Origin: Myxococcota bacterium
GTDB taxonomy: Bacteria > Myxococcota_A > UBA796 > SXON01
Direction: 5' to 3'
DNA: 64,000 nucleotides
NCBI GenBank assembly: GCA_049322475.1
Contig: JBMOQZ010000309.1
Span: 1,320 to 65,319, forward strand
Shown one piece after another: positions 19,282 through 28,415 of this stretch (within the stretch, counting starts at the first letter, position 1; the number at the start of each line of letters is the position of its first letter). The notes beneath the pieces were generated by a model. It saw nothing but the letters and a program-made list of their open reading frames with translations. It did not search any database and was not told the DNA's origin. The position numbers were made by a program, and so were the translations under genes.

Positions 19282-20178
19282 ATGGCATGTCTACCAGAAG
19301 GCGGCGGCTGTGAGCGCCCGCTGACCGATGCATTCGCGGCCCACGTGAACGCGGAGGAGGGCACCGACTACCGGCACGTCCGGTGCCTGGACGTGCACTC
19401 CGGGGGCAAGAAGGGCGTGCAGATGCCCAAGGAGCCGGAGGCGCTCTACCGGGACGCTCGGACCGGCGCGGAGCTGGTGATCGAGCACAAGAACATCGTC
19501 TGGCCGCACGACTACGGGAGGCGCCACAAGAACGACCATCTGCTCCACGAGGCGTTCGCGGCGCTGCTGGCCGGGCTCACGAGGGAGCGCCCGCACCAGC
19601 TGGAGCTCGCGCCGCTCTTTCCCGGTTCCGATGAGGACTGCCGTCGGTTCGCGGAGGAAGTGTCCGCGCGGATCGAGCAGAACTTCCTTCACGTCCAGCA
19701 GGGCGGTGTTCTCCGCGAGTCGACGCGCGGCCATCCGTGGAGCTTCCGGGAGCTCGAGGATTGGGAGCTCGAGGACGGGCAGCCGAGGTACGGGGTCGTC
19801 CTCTTCTCGTGGAGCAACGCGTACTCGGGGAGTGACGAGCAGATGCTCGCCCGGGTCAACTCCGAGTTGACGAAGTTCTTCGCCTCCTGCGAGAAGAAGT
19901 TCGAGAAGTACTCCAGTTGCCGCCGCGTGCTCGTGCTCTCCCCCCACGGTGACCTCGACTGGAAGCTCTCCTTCCCCTGGGCGGAGCACCTGGCCTCGGT
20001 CGGCGTGCCGTCGTTCATCGACGAGGTGTGGACGAGCTTCTACGAGAACGAGGACTTCGTCGGGCTCCAGTGGCACTGGCAGCGCGTGCACCCCGCGCCG
20101 CCTGTCGAGCGCGTGTTCCCGAACGTGCCCGACGAAGTGTGGGACAAGTACCTGAAGGACATTGGAGAGTCGACGTAG
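19282..20178 (+). CDS. Hypothetical protein, possible PD-(D/E)xK nuclease fold
   Basis: ATG at 19282. The string EALYRDARTGAELVIEHKNIVWP could be a D..E-x-K core. Composition is visibly lower in GC. Weak assignment. Confidence 0.45.
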   Translation: MACLPEGGGCERPLTDAFAAHVNAEEGTDYRHVRCLDVHSGGKKGVQMPKEPEALYRDARTGAELVIEHKNIVWPHDYGRRHKNDHLLHEAFAALLAGLTRERPHQLELAPLFPGSDEDCRRFAEEVSARIEQNFLHVQQGGVLRESTRGHPWSFRELEDWELEDGQPRYGVVLFSWSNAYSGSDEQMLARVNSELTKFFASCEKKFEKYSSCRRVLVLSPHGDLDWKLSFPWAEHLASVGVPSFIDEVWTSFYENEDFVGLQWHWQRVHPAPPVERVFPNVPDEVWDKYLKDIGEST

Positions 20179-20247
20179 CCCTATCGGCTGCTCGCCGAAG
20201 CGCGCGCCGGGCTGGCGGCGGAGTGTGGCGGCTGGGTTTCCGCGCCT

Positions 20248-20643
20248 TCAGCCTTCGCAGTCGAGCCCCTCGTCCACGTCCCCGTCGCAGTCGTTGTCGA
20301 TGGCGTCGCACACCTCCTCGGGAACGATGATGTCCTCGTCCACGAGCCCGTCGCAGTCGTTGTCGCGGCCGTCGCCGCCCCCGTGCACGTCCACGCTGGC
20401 GCTGTCGCAGTCTTCGTACTCGGGGGCGTCCGGGTACACGAGACAGTCCAGGTCATCGCAGTCGCCGTCGGCCTCGGTCACGCCGTCACGGTCGCGATCC
20501 GCGCAGCCTTCCGGCAGGAGCTCCAGGCAGCCGACGTGCCATTCGGGGGGTTCCCAACCGCAAGTCGCGTCTCCCGCCCCGGGTTCCGGGTCGACGGCAG
20601 CGCAGCCGAGTAGGCCGCCCATGAGCACCGTGAAGACCAGCAT
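20248..20643 (-). CDS. Lipoprotein with MopE-type Cys-rich 'putative metal-binding' repeats
   Basis: ATG at 20643 gives the signal/lipobox MLVFTVLMGGLLGC. Repeats are GDCDDLDC..YPDAPE, DNDCDGLVDED and IDNDCDGDVDEG. Confidence 0.7.
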   Translation of the reverse strand: MLVFTVLMGGLLGCAAVDPEPGAGDATCGWEPPEWHVGCLELLPEGCADRDRDGVTEADGDCDDLDCLVYPDAPEYEDCDSASVDVHGGGDGRDNDCDGLVDEDIIVPEEVCDAIDNDCDGDVDEGLDCEG

Positions 20644-20909
20644 CAGCAAGCCCCGGCCTCGGACATGGGGGTCGACGGGCACGCGGGACGACGCCGGCGC
20701 GCGGAAGCCGCCAGCACGCTGGAGACCAGCAGCCCGACCAGACCGGTGATGCTCGCCCACATCACGTCGACGCCGTCGAACGGGAGTCCCAGCACCAGGC
20801 AGCGCGCTCCGACGAACGCTCCCAAGGGGCAGAGATAGAACCAAGCTGTCACCACGCTGATGTACGCGCGCGGGTGAACGAGGGGATCGAGGCTCATGCC
20901 TGCTTTCAT
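20643..20909 (-). CDS. Small putative membrane protein, translationally coupled to the lipoprotein gene
   Basis: TGATG stop/start overlap with the 20248..20643 gene. Two hydrophobic stretches (ISVVTAWFYLCPLGAFVGARCLVLGL; WASITGLVGLLVSSVLAA). Confidence 0.35.
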   Translation of the reverse strand: MKAGMSLDPLVHPRAYISVVTAWFYLCPLGAFVGARCLVLGLPFDGVDVMWASITGLVGLLVSSVLAASARRRRPACPSTPMSEAGAC

Positions 20910-20991
20910 ACCATGCGGCCCCGGCCCTCCATCCAGGATGGCCGGGGTACGGCCGCGTGTTGCCGCTCGCTTCGCCCCGCCGCCCCCGAGG

Positions 20992-21068
20992 CGACCGTGG
21001 CCGCGCCGTCTGCGGCGCGGGCGCCGCCGGACGCCCGCCCCCCGCGCCGACGCCGTCTGGCGCCCCTC
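20992..21068. repeat. 78-bp repeat, copy B
   Basis: See 18169..18246. This copy abuts and overlaps the stop codon (21067-21069) of the minus-strand gene 21067..21597. Confidence 0.85.
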
Positions 21069-21597
21069 ACCGATGGTCGGTGAGCCAGGACCGGACGAAC
21101 TTGAGCATCTGCCGGGCTTCTTGCCGACCCGCCATGTCCTCGACGTCGAAGCGGTGGTCCGCGGGGACGTGGACGCGCCGGGCGTCGCCGTCGCCGTCCG
21201 CCCAGGGGTACTCGCAGTTGTCGGGGCGCCGGCCGCCGTCGTCGACGGCGGGAGCGAGCAGCTCGACCTCGCGACAGAACGCCCGAACCTTCTTCAGGAG
21301 CACGCTCGGCGGCATGCGGGATGGCGTCGTGACCCGCCAGTGCTCCCGGAATGCCGCCGGCAGCACCTTCGACGCGACGGCGTGCGAGCGCGCGAACTCG
21401 GGAGAGCGCTGATCCCGCTGGTCGGGGTCCCAGGCGTACGCCTTGGCCATCTTCTCCAGCGCCATCTGGAGGTAGTGGAGCCGGTGGCAGCTCGGAAGGC
21501 CGGTCTCCCGGCACAGGAGCTCGTAGACGTCGAGGTCGGACGCCGCCTGCCGGGCACAGGCGCGCTGCCAGGCCCGCTCCTCCTCGTCGGCCGTCAT
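21067..21597 (-). CDS. Helical protein, possibly HEPN-like (PF05168-type), second gene of a coupled pair
   Basis: ATG at 21597 overlaps the upstream stop (ATGA). The N-terminus ASDLDVYELLCRETGLPSCHRLHYLQMALEKMAKAY resembles the HEPN helix-1/2 pattern. No clean Rx4-6H motif was seen. Confidence 0.4.
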   Translation of the reverse strand: MTADEEERAWQRACARQAASDLDVYELLCRETGLPSCHRLHYLQMALEKMAKAYAWDPDQRDQRSPEFARSHAVASKVLPAAFREHWRVTTPSRMPPSVLLKKVRAFCREVELLAPAVDDGGRRPDNCEYPWADGDGDARRVHVPADHRFDVEDMAGRQEARQMLKFVRSWLTDHR

Positions 21598-21917
21598 GGC
21601 GCCAGCGTGCTCTTGTACAGGACGTTCTGGAGGCGCCACCCGTCCGGGAGCCGGAGTTCGCCGGCGACGAGGCCGCGGTACTCCTCGGGGGTGATCTCGA
21701 TCACGACGATCGGGTAGGGCGTGTCGCGCGTGGGGCCGAAGTGCACCGGCACGATGCCCGACGCGGGCGTGTCGGCGTTGACCTCCAGGAGCCGAATCGG
21801 CTCGCTGTCGGGCTCATGCTCGCTCGACCGGTAGCGGGCGATGAGGACGATGCTGTCCTCGGCGAGGCGGTGGTAGTCTGCGATGGCGCGAGCCGCTGCT
21901 TCCTTCGTGGCGTGCAT
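21594..21917 (-). CDS. Small protein (107 aa), first gene of the coupled pair
   Basis: ATG at 21917 (MHATKEAAARAIADYHRL..). ATGA overlap with the downstream gene. No motif recognised. Confidence 0.5.
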   Translation of the reverse strand: MHATKEAAARAIADYHRLAEDSIVLIARYRSSEHEPDSEPIRLLEVNADTPASGIVPVHFGPTRDTPYPIVVIEITPEEYRGLVAGELRLPDGWRLQNVLYKSTLAP

Positions 21918-22070
21918 GCGGGAAAGGTAGCACCGCGCCGCCGTCGTTGCAGGGGCGACCGGTTGTTTGGGCCGACGGTCGGCATGCAGCCGCCCCCGTA
22001 CGCGCCGCGTATCGGGTGGAGGTGGGGAGTGCTGATGGCGACCCGGCGCGGCTGGGCGTATCGTCCGCCC

Positions 22071-22622
22071 ATGACGCTCCTCCTCCTCCTCGCCTGTTCC
22101 GATCCCGAGCCGCCGCCCGCCTCGGGCGACAGCGGCGACACGGACACACCAGACTCCGCGACCGACACGGACAGCTCCAGCGCGACGTCGGGCACATGCG
22201 ACGCGCCGACCGGCGACGCCGTGGGCTTCGACACGGTCTACGCCGGCAACGCCGCGTACGTGGACGAAGGCGCCTGGGAGGGCACGACCGTCGAGGACCA
22301 CGTGTTCGCCAGTCAGGCCGAGTGGGATGGGTGGACGGCCGGGTTCACCTTCGAGGGCACGCTCGGTTCCGTCGACTTCAGCAACCACCGGGTCGCCGCC
22401 GGGCTCGTCGTCGTCCCGTCTACTTGTGGCCTGAGCGTCGTGACGACGACCGCCACGCAGGCCGCGGGCCAGCCAATCCACGTGGAGATCGGGGTGGAGG
22501 ACTCCAGCGGGGCCTGCGACACCGCCTGCTCCGCGGTGGGCCAGATGATCGTGGCCCTGTCGGTGCCGACCCGCGCGGAGGGGGAGCCGACGGTGTGCGT
22601 GCGCCGGATCGACGGCTGCTGA
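22071..22622 (+). CDS. Lipoprotein (Asp/Ser/Thr-rich linker plus Cys-containing beta domain)
   Basis: MTLLLLLAC lipobox at 22071 (an in-frame ATG at 22035 is also possible), followed by the linker SDPEPPPASGDSGDTDTPDSATDTDSSS. Confidence 0.6.
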   Translation: MTLLLLLACSDPEPPPASGDSGDTDTPDSATDTDSSSATSGTCDAPTGDAVGFDTVYAGNAAYVDEGAWEGTTVEDHVFASQAEWDGWTAGFTFEGTLGSVDFSNHRVAAGLVVVPSTCGLSVVTTTATQAAGQPIHVEIGVEDSSGACDTACSAVGQMIVALSVPTRAEGEPTVCVRRIDGC

Positions 22623-23307
22623 CGCGCGCTGGTCCGCGGATGGCGCTTGGGGACGTGCGGTCGGCGACGCGGACGGCGGCGCGAAGCCGGGCACGGCTTG
22701 GTAGATGACGGCTCCCGAGGGGGCGGCTGGGGGCTGGGCGGCATGGATCGGCGGGCGGCTGGCCCTCGGTCTCCGGGCGGCCGGGGCACGGCTGGCGTGC
22801 GGCCGGTCTCCGGCGCGGGCGCGGATGACGCGGGAGCAGGATGCGTCAAACTCCCCCGGGAGTGGTTCTCGCTGCGGAAGCATCGGCGTATCAGGCCGTA
22901 ATATTCGGCATCACCGCCAAGCCTGGCATCGGATCGGCGGCCGGCGCGGAATCGCGGCATCACCACCCGTAGCGGAGCCGGTGGTAGTCGAGCCACGCGG
23001 GCAGCGCCGGCGCCGAGCACGACGCGCGCAGCCCGGCGACGAGGCGCTCGGAGGCCACGAGGGCGATGCCCTCGGGCGCCCGAAGGGTCGCGCGCATGAC
23101 CTCCTCCACGGTCCCGAGCCCTGGGAACCGGCGCGCGAGCGGCGTGAGTCGCCGCGATAGTCGCGGTCTGCGGAGGGGCCGGTGGGGACACCCTCCTTGT
23201 GCCGCCTTGCCCGTTTCAGCTCCGTCGTCCGAGCCTCCCGACAGCAGCGCCCCGGTGTTGGTGAAAGGCGATCGGACGGGTTAGAAGCGACAGCTCGGAG
23301 CGTGAAC

Positions 23308-23589
23308 GTGTTGGACTCCCTGCCCTTGGCTAAAGAGGTCATCGACGAGCTGGAGGGAGTTCTCGGAGAGGACGACTCCATGAGTGTTCACGATCACGGG
23401 CACGGATACGGGGCTGTCCACGTGACCGTCGCTCACTGGGCGTCCACATCCGCGCGCTGGTTTCAGCAGCACCGAGCCGACTGGGCCTACGAGGGACCGG
23501 CGATGGTGGCCGTGACTCCGGGAGAGGAGGTCCCTGTGATCAACTGGGTGGAGTGGAGCCGCCGAGTGCGGATCGGGGAGAACGCATGA
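23308..23589 (+). CDS. Small hypothetical protein, first gene of the KAP operon
   Basis: GTG at 23308 has GGAG 7 nt upstream (alternative ATG at 23380). Its stop overlaps the next start (ATGA at 23586-23589). The DNA is A/T-richer. Confidence 0.4.
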   Translation: MLDSLPLAKEVIDELEGVLGEDDSMSVHDHGHGYGAVHVTVAHWASTSARWFQQHRADWAYEGPAMVAVTPGEEVPVINWVEWSRRVRIGENA

Positions 23590-23951
23590 CCGAGCTCTGG
23601 ACCGCGACGGCGACGGCGTTCGAGAGGGCCATGCGACCGCTGCTCGACCGAGGAATCAGGGTGGAGCGCATGGGACCCTTCGACACGAAGGGACCAGTCT
23701 GGTGTGCGAGCCGGCCTGGCAGTCCGGACGTCTTCCTGTGGACCCGGCGAATCGGGCCCAGCCTCCATGCCTTCGCGGGCACCGCAAGCAAGCCGACGAA
23801 GGATGTGGAGTTCCTGAACCCGCTGGTGTTCCGCGTTGACGAGTGGATCACCCAAGACGGCATGGAGGTCGGGGAAGCGCTCGCCCTCGCCGTTGAGGCT
23901 GCGCTTACGTGGGCCGACGACCACGTCCCGCCGGCTCTCCGAGGGGGATGA
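23586..23951 (+). CDS. Hypothetical protein (121 aa), second gene of the KAP operon
   Basis: ATGA coupling upstream. Ends 4 nt before the KAP NTPase start. Confidence 0.5.
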   Translation: MTELWTATATAFERAMRPLLDRGIRVERMGPFDTKGPVWCASRPGSPDVFLWTRRIGPSLHAFAGTASKPTKDVEFLNPLVFRVDEWITQDGMEVGEALALAVEAALTWADDHVPPALRGG

Positions 23952-23955
23952 GGAG

Positions 23956-26253
23956 ATGCAGCAGTCTCCGCCCGTCCACACCGACCGTCCGGTCACGGCG
24001 CCCGAAGATGACCTGTTGGGACGCGCGGGATTCGCCAAACAGCTCGCGAGAACGCTGATCACAGCCCCCAAGGATGACGCCCTTGTCGTCGGGCTCTACG
24101 GCCCCTGGGGAGCCGGTAAGACCTCGGTATTGAACTTGGTCGAGCATGAACTGGGGGGGGCCGCCAAGGCCGGAGCGGGAAAGGTGGCTATCGTCCGCTT
24201 CAACCCGTGGTACTTCAAGGGCGACGACACCCTGGTGTCCAAATTCTTCGACTCGTTGGCGGCAGGAATCGGCGCGTCGGCGGAAGGCAAGCAAACCCAG
24301 CTCGTATCGGCCCTCCGCAAGTATGGCGGCTATCTCAAACCCGTCTCAACCATCGCAGGTATCGCCGCGGGAATCGCCGTCCCCGGCGGACACCTTCTGG
24401 TCGAAGCCGCGGCGAAGATTCTCGGTGATGCAGGAAAGACCGTCGCCGACGCCGCCGAGGCTGGCGCAGATGCCCTCGACCGTGAAGAGTCACTGGAGGA
24501 CGTACGGGCGCGGGTCATCCAACTCCTGAAGGAGTCTGGAACGCGGGTCGTGGTATTCGTGGACGACATCGACCGTCTCTACGCCGATGATGTGCGGACG
24601 GTCTTCAAGCTTGTGCGTTTGGTCGGCGACCTTCCTAATGTTTCCTACCTCTTGGCGTTTGACCCGGAGATCGTTGCGGGCTGTATCGCTCAGGCAGGGC
24701 CGAAACCGGGCGACATCGCGAGCGGGCAAGCCTTCATCGAGAAGATTGTTCAGGTGGCGATTCACCTTCCGCGGGTGAGGGCCGACTCACTCAGGGAGTT
24801 CATTCTGCTCGGTCTCATCCAGACCATCAGCGAGGTGGTGCCGAAATTCAGCAACGACGATGTCGGCAGGCTCGTCAATATCTGGGATAGGTCCCTCGGT
24901 TCCCGAATCCGAACCGTCCGCGAGGGCAAGCGGATCCTGAACGCAGCGCGGTTCGCGGTTCACCAGCTTGCTGGCGAGGTCGATCCGGTCGAGCTTGTAT
25001 TATTGGAGGCGCTGCGAATTTTCGCGCCCGCAGTCTACGATGAGATTCGAGCTACACCTTCGCTGGTTCTGAATGGGCCGGAAGCCGGCTTTCGAGACCG
25101 TAATGCGAAGTCGCCGCTGGGCCGGGTGCTGGAGGCGATGGGACAAGCCGATCCTGCGGACCTCCATGCCGTGAGCGAGCTTATAGTGGCCATTTTCCCC
25201 CGACTCGGCAAGTACCAATACGACACCGGGTGGAACAGTAGGTGGCGTCGTCAGCAGCGCTTGGCCTCAGAAGAGCATCTCGACAAGGCCCTTCACTATG
25301 GTGTCCCATCCGGTGTAATTTCGGATGTGGCCTACGGGCGTGTGCTCGACGGGCTCAGGGATGGAACAATGACAGCCTCCCAGCTGTCGGCGTCGCTTGC
25401 GGAAGTAGCCAAGGTGGCCGGTTGGAAGGACATCGTGTGGCGCCTCCGCACGGAGGTAGACCAGTTGTCGCCCGTTCAGGCAGAGCAACTGGCGCGAGCG
25501 CTGCTCCTCACCGCCGCGGAATTCAACGCGAACGACGGCATCATCGGTGTGCTCCCGACGCAGGAGAACGCTGCTCTGCTCATCGGCAACGCACTGAAGC
25601 GTACCTCGGACCCAGCGGGCTTGATTGTCGAGCTTCTTCGGTCGGCGCCATCGCTGACATTGGCCGCCTACTTGGTCCGATGGACCCGGTGCAAGGAGGA
25701 CGATCCGGAGCGTCCGGCGAACTGGGCGGCAGTAGAAGGAGCAGCGCTCGCGACCTTCGCCGATGTCGCGGACGCCCAGCTCGTCTCACCGGACTGGTTC
25801 GAGCACCCGTTCACGCAGGCCACAAGCATCCTTTACCTCTGGCGGAAGGCGCGAGGACCGGAGTTCGTGGCCGACCGGGTCCGCGGTTGGCTGGCGTCGC
25901 AAGCATGGGCGCCAGCCCGGCTATTGCGTTGCTGCTACTCGGATGGGTGGGAACTGGAAACCGGGGCCCGCACGCGCGGCGAGTTCGACGGCTCCGCATA
26001 CGACAGCCTCGCGGCTGTCGTCGATCCCGAGGTGATCGCGACGGCAATTGGGGAGTTGGCAACACAGGAGATTGCCAAAGAGGTGTACTACGCGGCTCGC
26101 GACCGCGAGCGAGACGAACAGGCGGTGATCCAGTTCGCCTACATCTTCCAGCTCCGCAAGAAGGCCGCGACAGAGAATGTGGGAGATGGCAGCGACACGA
26201 GCGGGGATGGCGGCCAGGAGCCCGATCCGGAGGAGGAGGAGGGCGACCTGTAG
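23956..26253 (+). CDS. KAP-family P-loop NTPase
   Basis: Walker A is GLYGPWGAGKTS and Walker B is VVVFVDDIDRL. A hydrophobic insert sits between them (KPVSTIAGIAAGIAVPGGHLLVEAAAKILG), which is the KAP hallmark. 765 aa. Confidence 0.8.
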   Translation: MQQSPPVHTDRPVTAPEDDLLGRAGFAKQLARTLITAPKDDALVVGLYGPWGAGKTSVLNLVEHELGGAAKAGAGKVAIVRFNPWYFKGDDTLVSKFFDSLAAGIGASAEGKQTQLVSALRKYGGYLKPVSTIAGIAAGIAVPGGHLLVEAAAKILGDAGKTVADAAEAGADALDREESLEDVRARVIQLLKESGTRVVVFVDDIDRLYADDVRTVFKLVRLVGDLPNVSYLLAFDPEIVAGCIAQAGPKPGDIASGQAFIEKIVQVAIHLPRVRADSLREFILLGLIQTISEVVPKFSNDDVGRLVNIWDRSLGSRIRTVREGKRILNAARFAVHQLAGEVDPVELVLLEALRIFAPAVYDEIRATPSLVLNGPEAGFRDRNAKSPLGRVLEAMGQADPADLHAVSELIVAIFPRLGKYQYDTGWNSRWRRQQRLASEEHLDKALHYGVPSGVISDVAYGRVLDGLRDGTMTASQLSASLAEVAKVAGWKDIVWRLRTEVDQLSPVQAEQLARALLLTAAEFNANDGIIGVLPTQENAALLIGNALKRTSDPAGLIVELLRSAPSLTLAAYLVRWTRCKEDDPERPANWAAVEGAALATFADVADAQLVSPDWFEHPFTQATSILYLWRKARGPEFVADRVRGWLASQAWAPARLLRCCYSDGWELETGARTRGEFDGSAYDSLAAVVDPEVIATAIGELATQEIAKEVYYAARDRERDEQAVIQFAYIFQLRKKAATENVGDGSDTSGDGGQEPDPEEEEGDL

Positions 26254-26525
26254 GGTGAGTGAGGGCGCCACGGTGCCCGCGGCATGACAGATCGGCCGGG
26301 CAGGCTCCCTCGCTACGCGGGTCCTTCTGGGTGAGGAGTCGTCCGTCCCTGGCGCGGTTGGGGCGCGGCAAGCGATTCTGCGCGGGCGCTGAAAGGAACG
26401 GGTGAAGCTACCCGACCGCGCGGCAAGTGAGCGCGGGAGACGCGGACGGGGAGAGGAAGGCGCCTGGAACGGTCGCTATGGTCGGGGAGTCAGCGCCATC
26501 CGCACCCACCAGCCGCGAGCCCACC

Positions 26526-27650
26526 ATGAACGACGTCACCCTTTCAGGCCTCGAACTCACCCAGCGCATCATGCGCGAGGGCGACGACATCGCCTACATC
26601 GCACTCTCCGAGATCACCGACCGGAACCGGAGCGTGAGCGCCGCCCGTGTGGACTTCAGCGCCGTGGGCCTCGGGCCCTGGCTGAAGCGCGCGGCCGGGG
26701 CGAGCGGCGACGAGGAGGCCGAGGACGAAGAGGAGCCCGACGCGGACGACGACGACGGGGACGACGAGCACGACCTGAGCGACGCGCTGGGCGGCGACCT
26801 CGCCAGCCCCCGCCAGCTCGCCGTCGGGGCGATGCGCTGGCTCGACGAGACGGTGACCTCGCTCATGGCGGGGCGTACCCACGGGAAGTTCAAGATCAAC
26901 CTCTGGAGCCCCGGCGGCAAGACGCTGATTCACTCTGCCCGCTTCGAGGCGAAGAACCCCAGCGCGCGCCAGCGCCCTGCCGACGTGGAGGCGGAAGTGG
27001 AGGCCGAAAGAGCCACCGTCGCCGGCCCGGCCAAGGGGCCGGACCTCGCGCCCACCGTTCACTCCCCTTCGCCGCGGAGCGGCCCGCCGTTGCCGGAGGA
27101 GCGCGTGTGGCAGGCCCTCGGCGACGGGTACACGCAGCTCATCGCGCTCACGCAGTCCACCTACTCCCACATCGCCAAGCTCCAGGCGGCCGAGATCCAG
27201 TCCCTGTTCGCGCAGAACAAGCGCCTGTCGGACACGGTGGAGGCCGTGAGCGAGGACCTCCGCGCCGTCCACATCGGTACGGCCCAGGCCGAGCGTGACG
27301 AGGTCACCGAGGCCGCCGCCGCGAAGGTCAAGGAGGAGCTGGGCAAGCAGTTCATCGACCAGGTGGGGGCCGGCGTCCGCGCGTATATCGCGTCGAAGGC
27401 GTCGCTCCCGCCCGAGCTCGTGGACGTGGTGGGGACGCTGAGCCAGTCCCCGGAGCTCATGGAGGCGCTCCGCGATCCCGACGTTCAGCACGTCATCCGG
27501 CAGCCCGAGATCACGCAGACGCTCGCCGCCACCCTTCGCGACGTCGCGCAGGGAATGAAGGCCGCGCGTGCAGCCGAGGCCAAGACCGCCCAGCAGCGGC
27601 CGCCGCCGCCGGACCCCACGCCGCCGACCGACGGCGCGAAGGCCGCGTAG
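26526..27650 (+). CDS. Unknown-function family 'A', copy 1 (374 aa; acidic insert, coiled-coil C-terminal half)
   Basis: ATG at 26526. Clear paralogue of 56498..57601 (ELGKQFIDQVGAGVRAYIASKASLPPEL / ELGKQFFEQLGSVGRAYVSSKSSLPPEL; KFKINLWSPGGK / IFKVSVWRPKGGG; both with Asp/Glu runs). Confidence 0.65.
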   Translation: MNDVTLSGLELTQRIMREGDDIAYIALSEITDRNRSVSAARVDFSAVGLGPWLKRAAGASGDEEAEDEEEPDADDDDGDDEHDLSDALGGDLASPRQLAVGAMRWLDETVTSLMAGRTHGKFKINLWSPGGKTLIHSARFEAKNPSARQRPADVEAEVEAERATVAGPAKGPDLAPTVHSPSPRSGPPLPEERVWQALGDGYTQLIALTQSTYSHIAKLQAAEIQSLFAQNKRLSDTVEAVSEDLRAVHIGTAQAERDEVTEAAAAKVKEELGKQFIDQVGAGVRAYIASKASLPPELVDVVGTLSQSPELMEALRDPDVQHVIRQPEITQTLAATLRDVAQGMKAARAAEAKTAQQRPPPPDPTPPTDGAKAA

Positions 27651-27724
27651 CCCGACCGCTTCCACCCCCGGCCAGTTTCTGGCCCCCCTCTCGCCTACCG
27701 TCTCCCCACACCCAGGTGCCCACC

Positions 27725-28387
27725 ATGATCTCCGCCGCCTTCACTGGACTCGACATGATCGCCCGCTGCATCGACGCTTCGAACGGGCGCGTCGGCTACA
27801 TCGTCCTGGAGCGGCCGAACGGCCGCCACGAGAACGTCCGCGTCGCCCGCGTGAACCTCGACGCCTCCAGCCTGCGCGAGTTCATGCCCGGCGCCATCGC
27901 CACGGCGCTCCGGCGCTCCTCGTCGTCCACGCCGACGTGCTCCGCGCTCGCCGAGGCCGCCGTCGGCTGGCTGCGGCAGCAGATGGAGCGGAGCATGGGC
28001 CGCGAGTCGGAGGTCACGTTCAAGGTCAACCTCTGGCAGCACAAGGGCGTCGAGCTGGAGTTCGCCCCGCGCGTGGTCGCGCGCCGTGAGATCGGCGTCC
28101 CCCTCGGGGGTCCGCCGTCGTTCACCACGTCGCCCGCCGTCGACGACCCGGCCGACCTGTTCGTCTGGATCTTGATCGTCGCCACTACGCAGGGACTGGC
28201 GGCCATGAACGAGCAGATCGCCCGCGCGGAGGGACGCATCGCGGACGCTGAACGCGAGGCGGCCGTGGCCCTCGGGTGTCTCCAGTGCGGCCTCACCCTC
28301 GTCGGGTTCGGCGCTCACGCCGCCACGCTCGGCCCGCCGCCCCCGGCGCTCCTCGCCTCCGCGAACCGCAGCTCCACCGCCGCGTAA
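27725..28387 (+). CDS. Protein sharing the N-terminal domain of family 'A' plus a C-terminal hydrophobic helix
   Basis: GLDMIARCI..GYIVLE..VRVARVNLD..AVGWLRQQME..EVTFKVNLWQHKG parallels GLELTQRIM..AYIALSE..ARVDF..AVGAMRWLDE..GKFKINLWSPGG of the preceding gene. Hydrophobic helix LFVWILIVATTQGLAAM. Confidence 0.55.
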   Translation: MISAAFTGLDMIARCIDASNGRVGYIVLERPNGRHENVRVARVNLDASSLREFMPGAIATALRRSSSSTPTCSALAEAAVGWLRQQMERSMGRESEVTFKVNLWQHKGVELEFAPRVVARREIGVPLGGPPSFTTSPAVDDPADLFVWILIVATTQGLAAMNEQIARAEGRIADAEREAAVALGCLQCGLTLVGFGAHAATLGPPPPALLASANRSSTAA

Positions 28388-28415
28388 GCGGCCCCCAACC
28401 CGACCGAGGTGACAG

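Noticed and set aside
22623-23307. Several 80-290-aa ORFs on both strands in this gap (for example 22313..23191 -, 22705..23160 +, 22911..23381 -).
   Set aside because: Their translations are low-complexity Arg/Pro/Gly/Ala strings without starts or RBS. Only the start-less frame ending at 22960 looks protein-like, and it is discussed as a possible gene remnant.
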